Below the pieces are notes generated by a model that was not told the DNA's origin, ran no database searches, and worked only from the letters and a program-made list of their open reading frames with translations. From the human T2T-CHM13v2.0 reference genome, Homo sapiens, in NCBI RefSeq assembly GCF_009914755.1, contig NC_060940.1: a stretch of DNA of 64,000 bases; one strand, 5' to 3'. This document shows, in pieces, positions 39,220-52,254 of this stretch (its first letter is position 1; each line of letters begins with the position of its first letter). The position numbers and the translations under genes were made by a program.

Positions 39220-39800
39220 GCTGTTGTTAAATCATCCTAACTTTTTGTCTTTTCCTGATTATCCCTTTCTCTGTTGGTTCCTTTTTCACATTTATGGGAA
39301 AAGCAATTATGTACCTTTTTGGAGGTTTCACTATGTTTTCCTTTTGCTGGGGGTACCATTTCTGGGAAATATGACACAGAGAAACTTTGTAGTAAGTGAA
39401 AGGTAAATATAGTTATATATCTATAGATATGGATCTGTATATTGAAATTTAGGAAATGAGTTATTTCTACTGCAGTAAGCCACATTTTCATGCATGCATA
39501 GCCTGCCATTTTATGGTTGCTGTTGTTAAATCATTCTAATATTCTGTCTTTTCCTGATTGCCCATTTCTCTATTTTTTTTTTCATATTAATGGGAAAACC
39601 AATCATGTACTTTTTTGAAAGTTTCACTTTGTTTTCCTTTTGCTGGGTGTACCATTTCTGGAAAATACGGCACTGAAAAATTGCAATAAGTGAAAGGTAA
39701 ATAACTGGATATATGTCTATAGATGTGGATCTATGTATTAAAATTTAGGAGATCAGAGTTATTCCTACTGCAATGAGCCACATTTGCAGGCATGCATAGC
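39220..39800. repeat. Diverged two-copy tandem duplication, period about 299 bp
   Basis: Copies at 39220-39502 and 39519-39800 are colinear from GCTGTTGTTAAATCAT to GCATGCATAGC. Confidence 0.95.
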
Positions 39801-40647
39801 ACCCCACTTTGTGGGGCACCCATTGCTCCTCATTCTGGGTCCAGCTTTGATTCCCTGTGGCTGCTGCAGTCTCTGGCTCATCTCTGCAGCTTTGATAGCT
39901 GTCTCAAATACAATCTGCAATCTATCAAGGAGGGCGTGGAGGTGTCCTGAATAATCAGCAGGTGTCTTGGTTATCACCAAGGAGAGGGCATCATGCCCGG
40001 CATGCATGGATGGCAGAAGAGTTACTGCAAAGGCAGTTGTAAGCTCAGGAATCCAATTCTTTTTCTAAGTTAGTGCTGAAATGTGGCTGACTCAGATGTG
40101 GGGTGTCAGGATCATAGATAGGACAAGAGAGAAAACTTGTGTTCTTATTTGAAAGCCACAGCCTGTGTGGAGAGGCCTGCAGTTCATTGCCACTGGACAA
40201 GAGAGTAAAATTTCTGGGACCTCCACTTACTCTAGGAAGTGTTAGAGGGTGATAGGAAAGGAGTTTGTGCAGACTTCTGCAGCCTCTGCAGGTGGAATGA
40301 CTGTTCTCTCCTCTAGTCTCTTAGAGTCTGTCCACAACCTCTGAATAGCCCTTATTCCTTGGTGAGTCACTCAGCAAATGAGAAATTAAATGCTATTGTG
40401 CATGCTTTATATTATGTGTATTTCTTCTCTGTTACATTCTAAGCCACTTGATGGCAGAGCCGTGAGTTACTTTGCTCAGGATATTCAGCACCAGGAAGGT
40501 ACTAGGCACACATCCTTAGTACCCAGGAAGCACAGGGGAGTTGAAGATGCTTTGAAAGACCTGTTTGGCCCTTCAGGTAGACATGCATGGGCCCTGAGAA
40601 GCCCCAGAATTTCGATGTTCTCAGGAATCATCAGGAGACTAGAAGAC

Positions 40648-40822
40648 ATTGATTCTCAACCCTGGCTGGGTAGCAGGGCTCCTTGGAGAGTTTTAACTAG
40701 TCTTGATGCCTGGATCCCAGAAGAGACCAATTTAAACCAGTGTCTCTGGATTTGGAGCCAGAGTACCTACAGTATTGTAGTTCCTTAGGTGCTTTGGGTT
40801 CAGGCAGGGCTGAGGACCACAG
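40648..40822. mobile_element. MER5A/A1-like relic
   Basis: ATTCTCAACCCTGGCTG...GATGCCTGGATCCC...GGGCTGAGGACCACAG. Confidence 0.65.
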
Positions 40823-40874
40823 CTCCATAATAAAAGGATGGCTGAGCTAAAAGGGGTGATAAGAGGTAGAAAGA

Positions 40875-41195
40875 GGCTGGGAACGGTGGCTCACACCTGT
40901 AATCCCAGCACAGAGAGGCCGAGGCAGGTGGATTACATGAGGTCAGGAGTTCGAGACCAGCCTGGCTAACATGGTGAAACCCCATCTCTACTAAAAATAC
41001 AAAAATTAGCTGGGTGTGGTGGCACGTGCCTGTAATCCCAGCTGCTCAAGAGGTAGGCTGAGGCGGGAGAATCGCTTGAACCCAGAAGGCGGAGGTTGTG
41101 GTGAGCTGAGATTGCACCATTGCACTCCAGCCTGGGCAACAAGAGCAAAACTCAGTCTCAAAATATATATATATAAATTAAAAAAAAAAAAAAAA
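40875..41195 (+). mobile_element. AluS
   Basis: Full dimer with A/TA tail; TSD-like AAGAGGTAGAAAGA/AACAAGTAGAAGGA. Confidence 0.95.
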
Positions 41196-41719
41196 CAAGT
41201 AGAAGGAAGGAGTGATACAACTGAAAGGAGAAACAAAACACAGAAAGATCTTGGCGGTTTTGTTACATCTTCAGCCCCATCAAACCAACACCCTTCAAGC
41301 TAGACACTTTGCTTTTAGCATTTTGTCATTGTTACCCTGTTTCTTACTCACAGTGATCTTAAACAAAATGACTACCCTCTTTGTAGCAAAGGAAAGGAAG
41401 CTTATAAACTGATGTGCTAGGCTCCTGGACTCCAGACCTCAAGCACTTAGCCAGTAAACTGTGTTCCTTCAAAAAGACAAGGTAAATATGAAGGAAAAAG
41501 GGAGTGAACTGGACAGAAGAAAAAACAAAATTGGTAAACTCAAGGAAAGCTGATAGGCACTAAAGCAAAAACAAATGAGCAGAATTCATAGTTGTTGAGG
41601 GCCTCCAAGATCTTATGAGAAACTCAGAAGGTGCAAAGCAGACCCAGTCATCTCCAGCTTACAACAGATCTGGGATGGCTCACAGTAGTCCAGTGTCTTG
41701 CTCAAACTCACAAAGCTAA

Positions 41720-42064
41720 GTCTCTGAGCTAGTTTTTCTGTAAGGGCCAAAAGCTAAGTATGTTAGTCTTTGCTGACCACGTAGTCTCTGCCACAAGTAT
41801 TGAAATCTGGTATTGTGGCAGAAAGTGGCCACAGATAGATAACATGCAAAGAAATAAATGTAGTTGTATTACAATAAAATTTGATTTATGGACACTGGAA
41901 TTTGCATTTCATGTAATTTTCAGGTGTCATGCAATCTTATTTTTCTTTGGATTTTTCTCAACTTTTTTTTTTAAAAAAATGTAATCAACCATTCTTAGCT
42001 CTTGGCTATATCAAAATAGATAGTGGGGCACATTTGGCCCTTAGGCTGTCATTTGCCAGCCCTG
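41720..42064. mobile_element. MER58B-like hAT element
   Basis: TTTTCTGTAAGGGCCA...CAATAAAATTTGATTTATGGACACTGGAATTTGCATTTCATGTAATTTTCA...TTTGCCAGCCCTG. Confidence 0.8.
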
Positions 42065-42523
42065 GTCCAAACTTTAAAGTACCCAGAGGGTAAAAAGTTG
42101 ATGAGAAAGCATAGAAAAAAATTGATACATGACTATTTGAGACATTTACCCCCAGTCCACCTTCCCACAGAAAGATCCATCAGGCCAAGAGTCCAACACT
42201 TTCCATCTTCCATGACTCAATGCCACCAAGCAGTTATTTGTAGAATCCATTTGCGGTTTTCAAACCATAGGCTCTGGACTTCAAAGCAGGCCAGTCCCAT
42301 TCTTTTTGTCTTGAAATGAGTATAATAAGCTCCCAGACCCTTTGTTCTAGCAATATTTATTGAATTACTAATAAAGACTAGACTCTGTTCTGCGCACTAA
42401 GGGTGCAGTGGTTATCTTAGTCTATCCAGTTGCCATAGCAAAGTGCCATAGACAGGGTGGCTTAGACAACAGAAATCTTTTCTCTTGCAGATCTGGATAC
42501 TGGAAGTGAGATCAGGGTAGTAG

Positions 42524-43799
<1,276 letters not shown>

Positions 43800-44386
43800 C
43801 CTCATGCCCTCATCTAAATCTAATCACCTCACCAAAGCTCTATCTCTGAATACCATCGCGTTGGAGGTTAGGGCTTCCGCATATGAATTTGGAGGGCACA
43901 CTTCACTCCGTAACAATGGTATACAAAATAATGAGGTTTCTGTGTTCATGAGCTTACATTCTTTATATTTGACAATAAAAAAGTAAGCAAAAAGTAAGAA
44001 TTTTTAGCTAATGTTAAATGCTACAAAGGGAAAAAAAATAAGAAAACATGTACCGATTACAGAGATGAACTGGGACAGGAATTACAAGTTTGGAAACTGT
44101 TTTCAGGGAAGGCCTGTTTGAGCAGGTGACTTAGGACTGGGGGTGAGTGGTGTGGAAGCACTCCTGGAGGTTGCTGGGGGGAGACTGGAAGACTGAGCAA
44201 TAGGGAGAGAGAAGATCATGTTCAAAAGGGCCACTGAGACCAAAAAGCTCCCCAAAACAAAAACAAGGTTCAAAAGGGTGAGCCAGCGGGGTAGACAGGA
44301 GGCCAGCATACCTGAGGAGAGTCGAAGTGGGGGACAGTAGCTCCCACTGTGGAGAGTTTGAGTGTTACCTATTAAATGCAATGGGG

Positions 44387-45131
<745 letters not shown>

Positions 45132-45174
45132 ACCTTCAATGAGGAGGTTTTGTTGAGTCAGAAGCACTTCAGTA

Positions 45175-45521
45175 CAGTCATGCAGCACTTAATGGCAGGG
45201 GTACCGCTCTGAGAAACAAATCGTTAGGCAATCTTGTCATTGTGCAAACATCAGAGTGTACTCACACAAACCCAGATGCTGTAGCCTACGACACATCTAG
45301 GCTAGGTGATCTAGCTTATTGCATCTAGGCTACAAAGCTAGCAGGTTAGTGTGCTGAATATGGTAGGCATGTGTAACATCATGGCCAGTGTCCCTGCACC
45401 TCAATATAGCTAACCATAGAAAAGGTACTGTAAAAATACTGCATTAACGTCTTATGGGACTGCTGTCCTGTAGGCAGCCTGTAGTTACTGAACTGAAATG
45501 TGGTTAAGCTGTGTAGGACTG
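45175..45521. mobile_element. Tigger3a (MER7A)-like TcMar element
   Basis: TA|CAGTCATGCAGCACTTAA...CTGAGAAA...GTTAGGCAAT...CTAGGCTACAAA...CATAGAAAAGGTAC...GACTG. Confidence 0.85.
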
Positions 45522-46010
45522 TGTTTGCATTTTCAAAATATTTTGGGTGCTATTCAGGGAACGGACAGTAGGGGGCAAAAGTGGAAGTGGAGAAACCAAG
45601 GAACAGGCTGCTGAAGAAGTCCAGGCAGCCTTGGAGGACTCGCTCTCACTCTTACTGGTTTTCGATGCCTGAGTTACTTGCTCTCTGGGAGAAGGAAGCA
45701 GGTCGTTCCTCTGCCCAAATTGCTGCTACTCAGGAGTGCCTGACACTCCTTTCCAAAGATGCTCTGCGGTAATATGTTCTAATGAGGAGTTTGAATTGCC
45801 AATTGACTTGCTCTTTGCAGCTAATAAAGAACAGATTATGCGCTGGATGGTTTGCAGTTGGTGGCCAAGTTGTCTTGTGATTATTGTAAGTTCTTTTAGT
45901 TGAGCTTGTGTAACTGTGAGTCAATCCTGCCCATGTTTTATTTGGAAATTAGTACTAGAGCCTCCTTGGGACTAGCCTTTTTCTCACCCAAAGGCAAAAG
46001 AATCCATCTC

Positions 46011-46329
46011 GGCTGGGCACAGTGGCTCACGCCTGTAATCACAGCACTTTGGGAGGCCGAGGTGGGTGGGGCGGATCACGAGGTCAGGAGTTCGATACCA
46101 GTTTCACCAACATGGTGAAACCCCATCTCTACTAAAAATACAAAAATTAGCCAAGCGTGGTGGCAAATGCCTGCAATCCCAGCTACTCAGGAGCCTGAGG
46201 CAGGAGAACCGCTTGAACCCTGAAGGCAGAGTTTGCAGTGAGCCGAGATCACGCCAGTGCACTCCAGCTTGGGCGACAGAGTGAGACTCCATCTTCCATC
46301 TCAAAAAAAAAAAAAAAAAAAAAAAAAAA
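46011..46329 (+). mobile_element. AluS (Sg-like)
   Basis: GGATCACGAGGTCAGGAGTTCG; TSD AAAAGAATCCATCTC/AAAAGAATCAGCCTC. Confidence 0.94.
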
Positions 46330-46544
46330 GAATCAGCCTCTGGATCACATTAACCCTCACAGCCCATAGTCCTTCGTCTTCCTCTGAAAAAATATGAAAT
46401 ATTAAAGATTCTTAAACCAATGAGCAGTTTCCGGTTATTCCAGAATATACAGCACGTTGGTGACTTGTTCCACATTTTCTTTTTCTCTTCTCAGTGCTTC
46501 CTGCTAGACATAGACACATACACACACCTACACCCCTTTTAACC

Positions 46545-47240
46545 CATTTTAAATAATTCTGTTTAGAAAAGCAACATATGATCATTTAAAAATATTGAGA
46601 AACACATACAAAAGCAAAAATCATCCATTAGCTGCTCATCACCCCCAAATAATCACTTTTTAAAAACATTTTGATATTTCTCTTTTTGGGGTCTCTGTGT
46701 GTGTGTATGTGTGTTTGTGGGACAGAGAGAGAGAGAGGCAGACAGAGGAAAAAAGCTTACAGTATTTGACTGATAGTGAATTTTTAGAATTTATCGTATA
46801 ATTTTTTACTTGGTATTAAAATGTGAACATTTTACCATGCCATGAATCATTTTGGGAAATTACATGTAATGATTCCATAATGTTCTGTTGTACCAAAAGT
46901 TATTACCTCTGTTGTTATTGAAGAAATTTTTTATCTTTCTCCCTTACTATTATTAAGAATAATGTCACAGAGAATTTTCTTATACTCAAGTCTTTGTTTA
47001 CATTTTTGAATATTTCCTTGGACTAAATGCTAAAAAGTATTGTGTCAGGGTCGGAAGATATGAGCATCTTTATACTTTGTGAATAGATTTTATGTTGCTT
47101 TTTGAACTGGTTGTGCCCCTGCACATCCCATAACCATAGCGTATTAGCATACCGTTTAATCTAGTCATTACCAACATTATTTGGTATTATTACATACTTT
47201 ATTAATTTGATAGGTAAAAATTGGTATTGCCCTGTTTAAA
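46545..47240 (-). mobile_element. Ancient L1ME-type fragment
   Basis: ATTCCATAATGTTCTGTTG...ATTTCCTTGGACTAAATGCTAAAAAGT...AATTTGATAGGTAAAAATTGGTAT. Confidence 0.55.
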
Positions 47241-47628
47241 CCTTCCCCTTTTCATCTTGTCTGTTTCGTAATGCCAAGAGTAAACACATATCATGCTCTT
47301 AACACAATGTGAAATACTGTGGAAAGTAGATACTACTGTCCTCATTTTACAAATTGAGAAGCTAATACTTCTCGTTGAGAGGTGGAGCTAAGATGGGAAC
47401 CCAGTGTAGGCAATGGGAACCTTGAGTCTGAGCCTTAGCCAGGGCTCTGTTCCGCCCCCAGGCAGGAGCAGGAACCTGAGAGGACCTTCTCAGTTAGGTG
47501 TGAAATAGGAAAGCAGCCTCATTGAAGTAATTCACACTAACATGTGAATGACCTGGAAGCATCTGTCTGGTTTTTATGAAAAACCAAACAGAATTACTTG
47601 TTATTTCAGATAAGCTTCTCCTTTGTGG

Positions 47629-47791
47629 ATGGAAATGTAAGAAGTTTAACGCAAGTAAAAAAAACATCTAACAATGATAAAGGAAGATACCATCGGGCAG
47701 ATTCAGACCTTATGGAAATGTAAGAAGTTTAACGCATGTAAGAACACCTAACAATGATAAGGGAAGGTACCATTGGGCAGTTTCAGACCTT
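47629..47791. repeat. Two-copy tandem duplication (83 + 80 bp)
   Basis: ATGGAAATGTAAGAAGTTTAACGCA...TTCAGACCTT occurs at 47629-47711 and 47712-47791. Confidence 0.97.
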
Positions 47792-49446
47792 CTTGCAATG
47801 CAGTGGTGGCTCACTGCTGGCCCACAGACTAGAATCATATTTATTCCTATGAGATAAAAGAAAATAGGTCTTAAAATTCAGTGTTTAAAATACTAAATCA
47901 GTTGCTATTAGACAAACCTCTACTATTCTACCTTCTCTTTAAAAATGGAAGCTCTGGAAACATTCACTACTGTTTCTTTCAGTAATTGACTGCATCTGAT
48001 TAATCCCACTGATGCTTCACCTTGCATCTGTTAGCTGGCTAGCTCTCTTCTTCCTTCCCTATCAACTTTCCCCGCTTTCTCCCTTTCTGAGCCAACTCTC
48101 TAAAACTTTTCTTTTTGATAAGAATATTATATTTTAATGAAAATCCTTTCTGTCATGGAGAATCCCCTTTCCATCATGGTTAGGAATGGAGACTTAGGGG
48201 TTACGGTGGGGCTGGGTGCTGAGTCATTTGGAAGACACACATGTGCAAGTTGGGGCCTGTGTCTTTATTAGCCCTGCTTAAATTGCTGGGTAATTTAAGC
48301 CTCTCTTATTTTGCTGCATTGCCTCACAGTTCTAAAGGAGACCTGAAATAGAGTGTATCACATTGTGCACATTTTTGAAGGATCATGAGAGCAGCCTAAA
48401 TATAAAATTCACGTCCATATTCTTAGTGTCCTTTTCCCCTAAATGGAGACGGGATGCACTTGAGCATTCTGTCCCATGCTTGCCTTTGTCTACACGTGTT
48501 TCCTAATGTTTGATCTCTGTCCTTTTTGTATGTGAGAACATTCACAGGCATCTTCCTAGCTGCAAAAAGACGGGCCTGGGTTGCAACAACTGGATCTTTG
48601 TTATTTCTTGGGGGGAGCTCGTATCAAACTCTCCCCAATCCATGTAGTGATTTTTTTCTACATCTAAAAATGATCCTTTAAAGTTTCAATGATGCCTTGG
48701 TGACCCAGGACCACTGTTGTAATTTTTGCCAGTTTCTTTGTATCACTTGGTTGATCTTGTATTAAATGTCTAATTGATTTGTTTTTTTAAAGATACGTGC
48801 ATGTTAGTATAATAACTAGAAGCTCGATGTTATGAGTTGAAGCATAATTATGCAAGCAACTTAATACTAAACTTAGAAGATACGTGACTACTAACCAAGA
48901 CCATCTGATGTACCATTGATGGCTCAAATGCCAGATGTCGGGAAACAGTGATTTAAAAGGAAATATTTCATGGGGGTCAGCATAAAGTCGGTCCTGCTTC
49001 TAGAAAGCCACAGTAGTTCTCTGTATCCATAGCTAAGGGTCTCTTAGGCTCTTATTGTAAATGTCTGGGTTTCACTCAGGAAAAAAAAAAAATCTCAAAG
49101 CTATGGCCAAGGCAGAGGCTTCCTCACAGCCCATCCCCTGTGCATATCGATTAGTTGACATCCATGAGTGCCCCAGTCCTGCTGGAAATATCCCCTCAGG
49201 CTTGCTTTTCTGTGGTATCACCACCTATTCCCCTCTTGTTACTCGGACCTCTTTGAAGTCATCATAGTGTTTTTGGGAATAGAGAATACCACTTTGCAGA
49301 GAGAGTGATAGCGGCTTGTGATCATATCCTCTTCATATCCCCATTGTCGGCGTTTGTAAGACCCCAAATGCTCCTGAAAACTTGATTTCTAATGGTTATG
49401 CAATATTTAAATGTTAATAGATTACTCTTTGCTTGACCATTTCCCT

Positions 49447-49837
<391 letters not shown>

Positions 49838-50080
49838 TAGAGAGGACAGGAAAGCAGTGCTGAGCAGCCAGGCCTCTGGATCCTTCTTCTCCATCAATCT
49901 GTGAATTTTTACTTATATCTGAGAAGGGGGAGGGATGGAAGGAGGGAAACAAGGGAGAGGAGAGAGGAAGGGAGGAAACAGACGCAGCTGAGAGCTCCTG
50001 AAGCTCCTGAAACCTCTGAGGAGCATTCTCTTGCTTTGTATTCTTTTCACAGAACCAGTGACTCTTGTTTTCTTTTAAAA

Positions 50081-50551
50081 TCCTCTCCTCCCTCCCCTCC
50101 CTCCCTTCCCTTCTTCCCTTCCGTTCTTCCCTTCCTTCCCTCCTTTCTTCCTTCCCTCCTTTCTTCCTCCCTCCCCTCCCTCCTTCCTCCCTCACTTCCT
50201 TCCCTGCTTTCTTCCTTTTCCTTCCTTCTTTCCTTCCGTCCCTCCCTCTCTCCCTTCCTTCCTCCCTTCCTTTCTGCCTTCCTTCCTTTTCTTTCCTTCC
50301 CCTCCCTTCCCTCCCTCCTTCCCTCCCTCCTTCCATCCTTCCGCTCTCCCTCCCTCCCTTTCCTCCTTCCCTCTCTCCCTCCCTTTCCTCCTTCCCTGCT
50401 TCCTTCTTTCTCCTTCCTTCTTTCCTCTCTCCCTCCCTTCCTTCCTCCCTTCCTTCCTCCCTCCCTTCCTTCCTTCCTTCCTTCCTTCCTTCCTTCCTTC
50501 CTTCCTTCCTTCCTTCCTTCCTTCCTTCTTTCCTCCCTTTCTCTTTTTCTC
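50081..50551 (+). repeat. About 470-bp polypyrimidine (CCTT/CCCT) tract ending in (TTCC)n
   Basis: Directly visible. Confidence 0.98.
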
Positions 50552-51477
50552 ATCTATGAGCCAGAATGTTACGCTAAGTTTTGGAAACAGCACTCTCTGC
50601 TGTGTCTTTAGGATGCTTGTTTCCTGCATGCTGACCAGACCTCCTGTTGGACTGATATTCTGGATAATGGCTTGGTGCCTTTCTAGCTTCTAATCTAAAC
50701 AAGAATTATTTCATTTTAGATTCTCTCTGCTGCATCAAGGGTCCCTGGAATTTGATGATGACTTAAGTGGAAATCCCAGCTTTAGCATATATAAGCTCAG
50801 TACCATAGACCAAGTGGGTTAACCTCTTTGTGCCTTCATTTTTTCAATGGAAAAGTTGCAAACAAGATACTTACCTCCCAGGATTTTCCTGACAATGAAT
50901 GAGAAAATGTAAGAGAAACTGCCTTTCGAATTGGGAAGCTCTATTCTGATGAAAGATGGACCTTATTTTTAAATACAGGACGTTTAGTAATTTTATCTAA
51001 ATTCCCCATTCATCAGAATACAGTGGAGAAGATATTTGCCATACCCATTTCATTGTGTTGTTCATAAACTTGTTTATTTTTCCAGGGCTGGATTGGTTTG
51101 CCTTTCTCTCTTTCTGTCTGCTACTGCATAATTTCATTATCTGCCATACGTAAATGTATTATGTAATTCTCTCAGTTGTCATTGATTGCTTCTGTTTTTC
51201 TGTAGTATTACTGGTCTATAATACTTTTTATTAAATCCCCAAGGATAGTTCCTGAACTGTGGTTGAAGGACCCTCCTTTCCACTAAGTAAAATACAACAC
51301 TTAGATATTTGAAATGACACAAAGTACTAGAGAAAACATAAGTGTGGAATTTTCCCACTGGCTTTATGAAATCCAGGAAACCAATTGAGATATTTGTTTA
51401 TGATGCCTTTGTCTATCCTGGAGGTTTCTCTCTGCGTTCTTTCAATGGCAGTCACAGCATCAACAAATTATATAAAA

Positions 51478-51670
51478 TTAGCTAATGTTTATTGAGTGCT
51501 TACTATGTTCCGAGTAATGTTAGGAACTGCTTGCATTGTCATTTAATCGTCACAACAGCCTCATAAAGGAGGTACGCTTTGTTATCCCCATTTTATTCTT
51601 GAGAGAACTGAAATTCAGAAAGTTTAACTGCTTTGCTCAGAGATACACAATAAAGAAGAGATGAAACTGT
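51478..51670 (-). mobile_element. MIR
   Basis: GCTAATGTTTATTGAGTGCTTACTATG...ATTTAATCGTCACAACAGCC...TATCCCCATTTTA. Confidence 0.8.
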
Positions 51671-51945
51671 AAAGCACACCCCTCTCACACACACACCACA
51701 CACACATACACAACTTTATGCAAGCTTAGCAAAGTCAGTTTCCTTCTTAGCTTGGAGAATACATACATATGTTGAATGCCTGAGAGTTTGGGACTTCTCT
51801 GCTCTGTACTTGCTTCTGACACTAACCTTAAACTAATCACTTCTCTCTGGAACTAGGTCTACTTATGGGCCACGTTTGAAGGGTTGGATGAGGTCATTAG
51901 TTTTTATTTATTTATTTATTTATTTATTTGAGATAGAGCATTAGG

Positions 51946-52254
51946 TTTTTTTTACTTTTTATTTTATTTTTTTGAGGCAAGGTCTCATCCTGTCACCCAA
52001 GCTGCAGTGCAGTAAGACAATCTTAGCTCACATCAATCTCTGCCTTCCAGGTTCCAGTGATTCTCATGGCTCAGCCTCCTGAGTATCTGGAATTACAGGT
52101 GTGTGCCACCACACCTGGCTGATTTTTATATTTTTAGTAGAGAGTGGATTTTGCCATGTTAGCCAGGCTGTCTCGAGCTCTTGGCCTGAAGTGACCTGCC
52201 TGCCTCGGCCTCCCAAAGTGCTGGAATTAGAGGTGTGAGTCACTGCACCTGCCC
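51946..52254 (-). mobile_element. Alu (J or old S)
   Basis: Full dimer flanked by AGCATTAG on both sides. Confidence 0.92.

Noticed and set aside
47629-47791. Repeat pair considered as CRISPR-like
   Set aside because: Only two abutting copies with no spacers, in primate DNA
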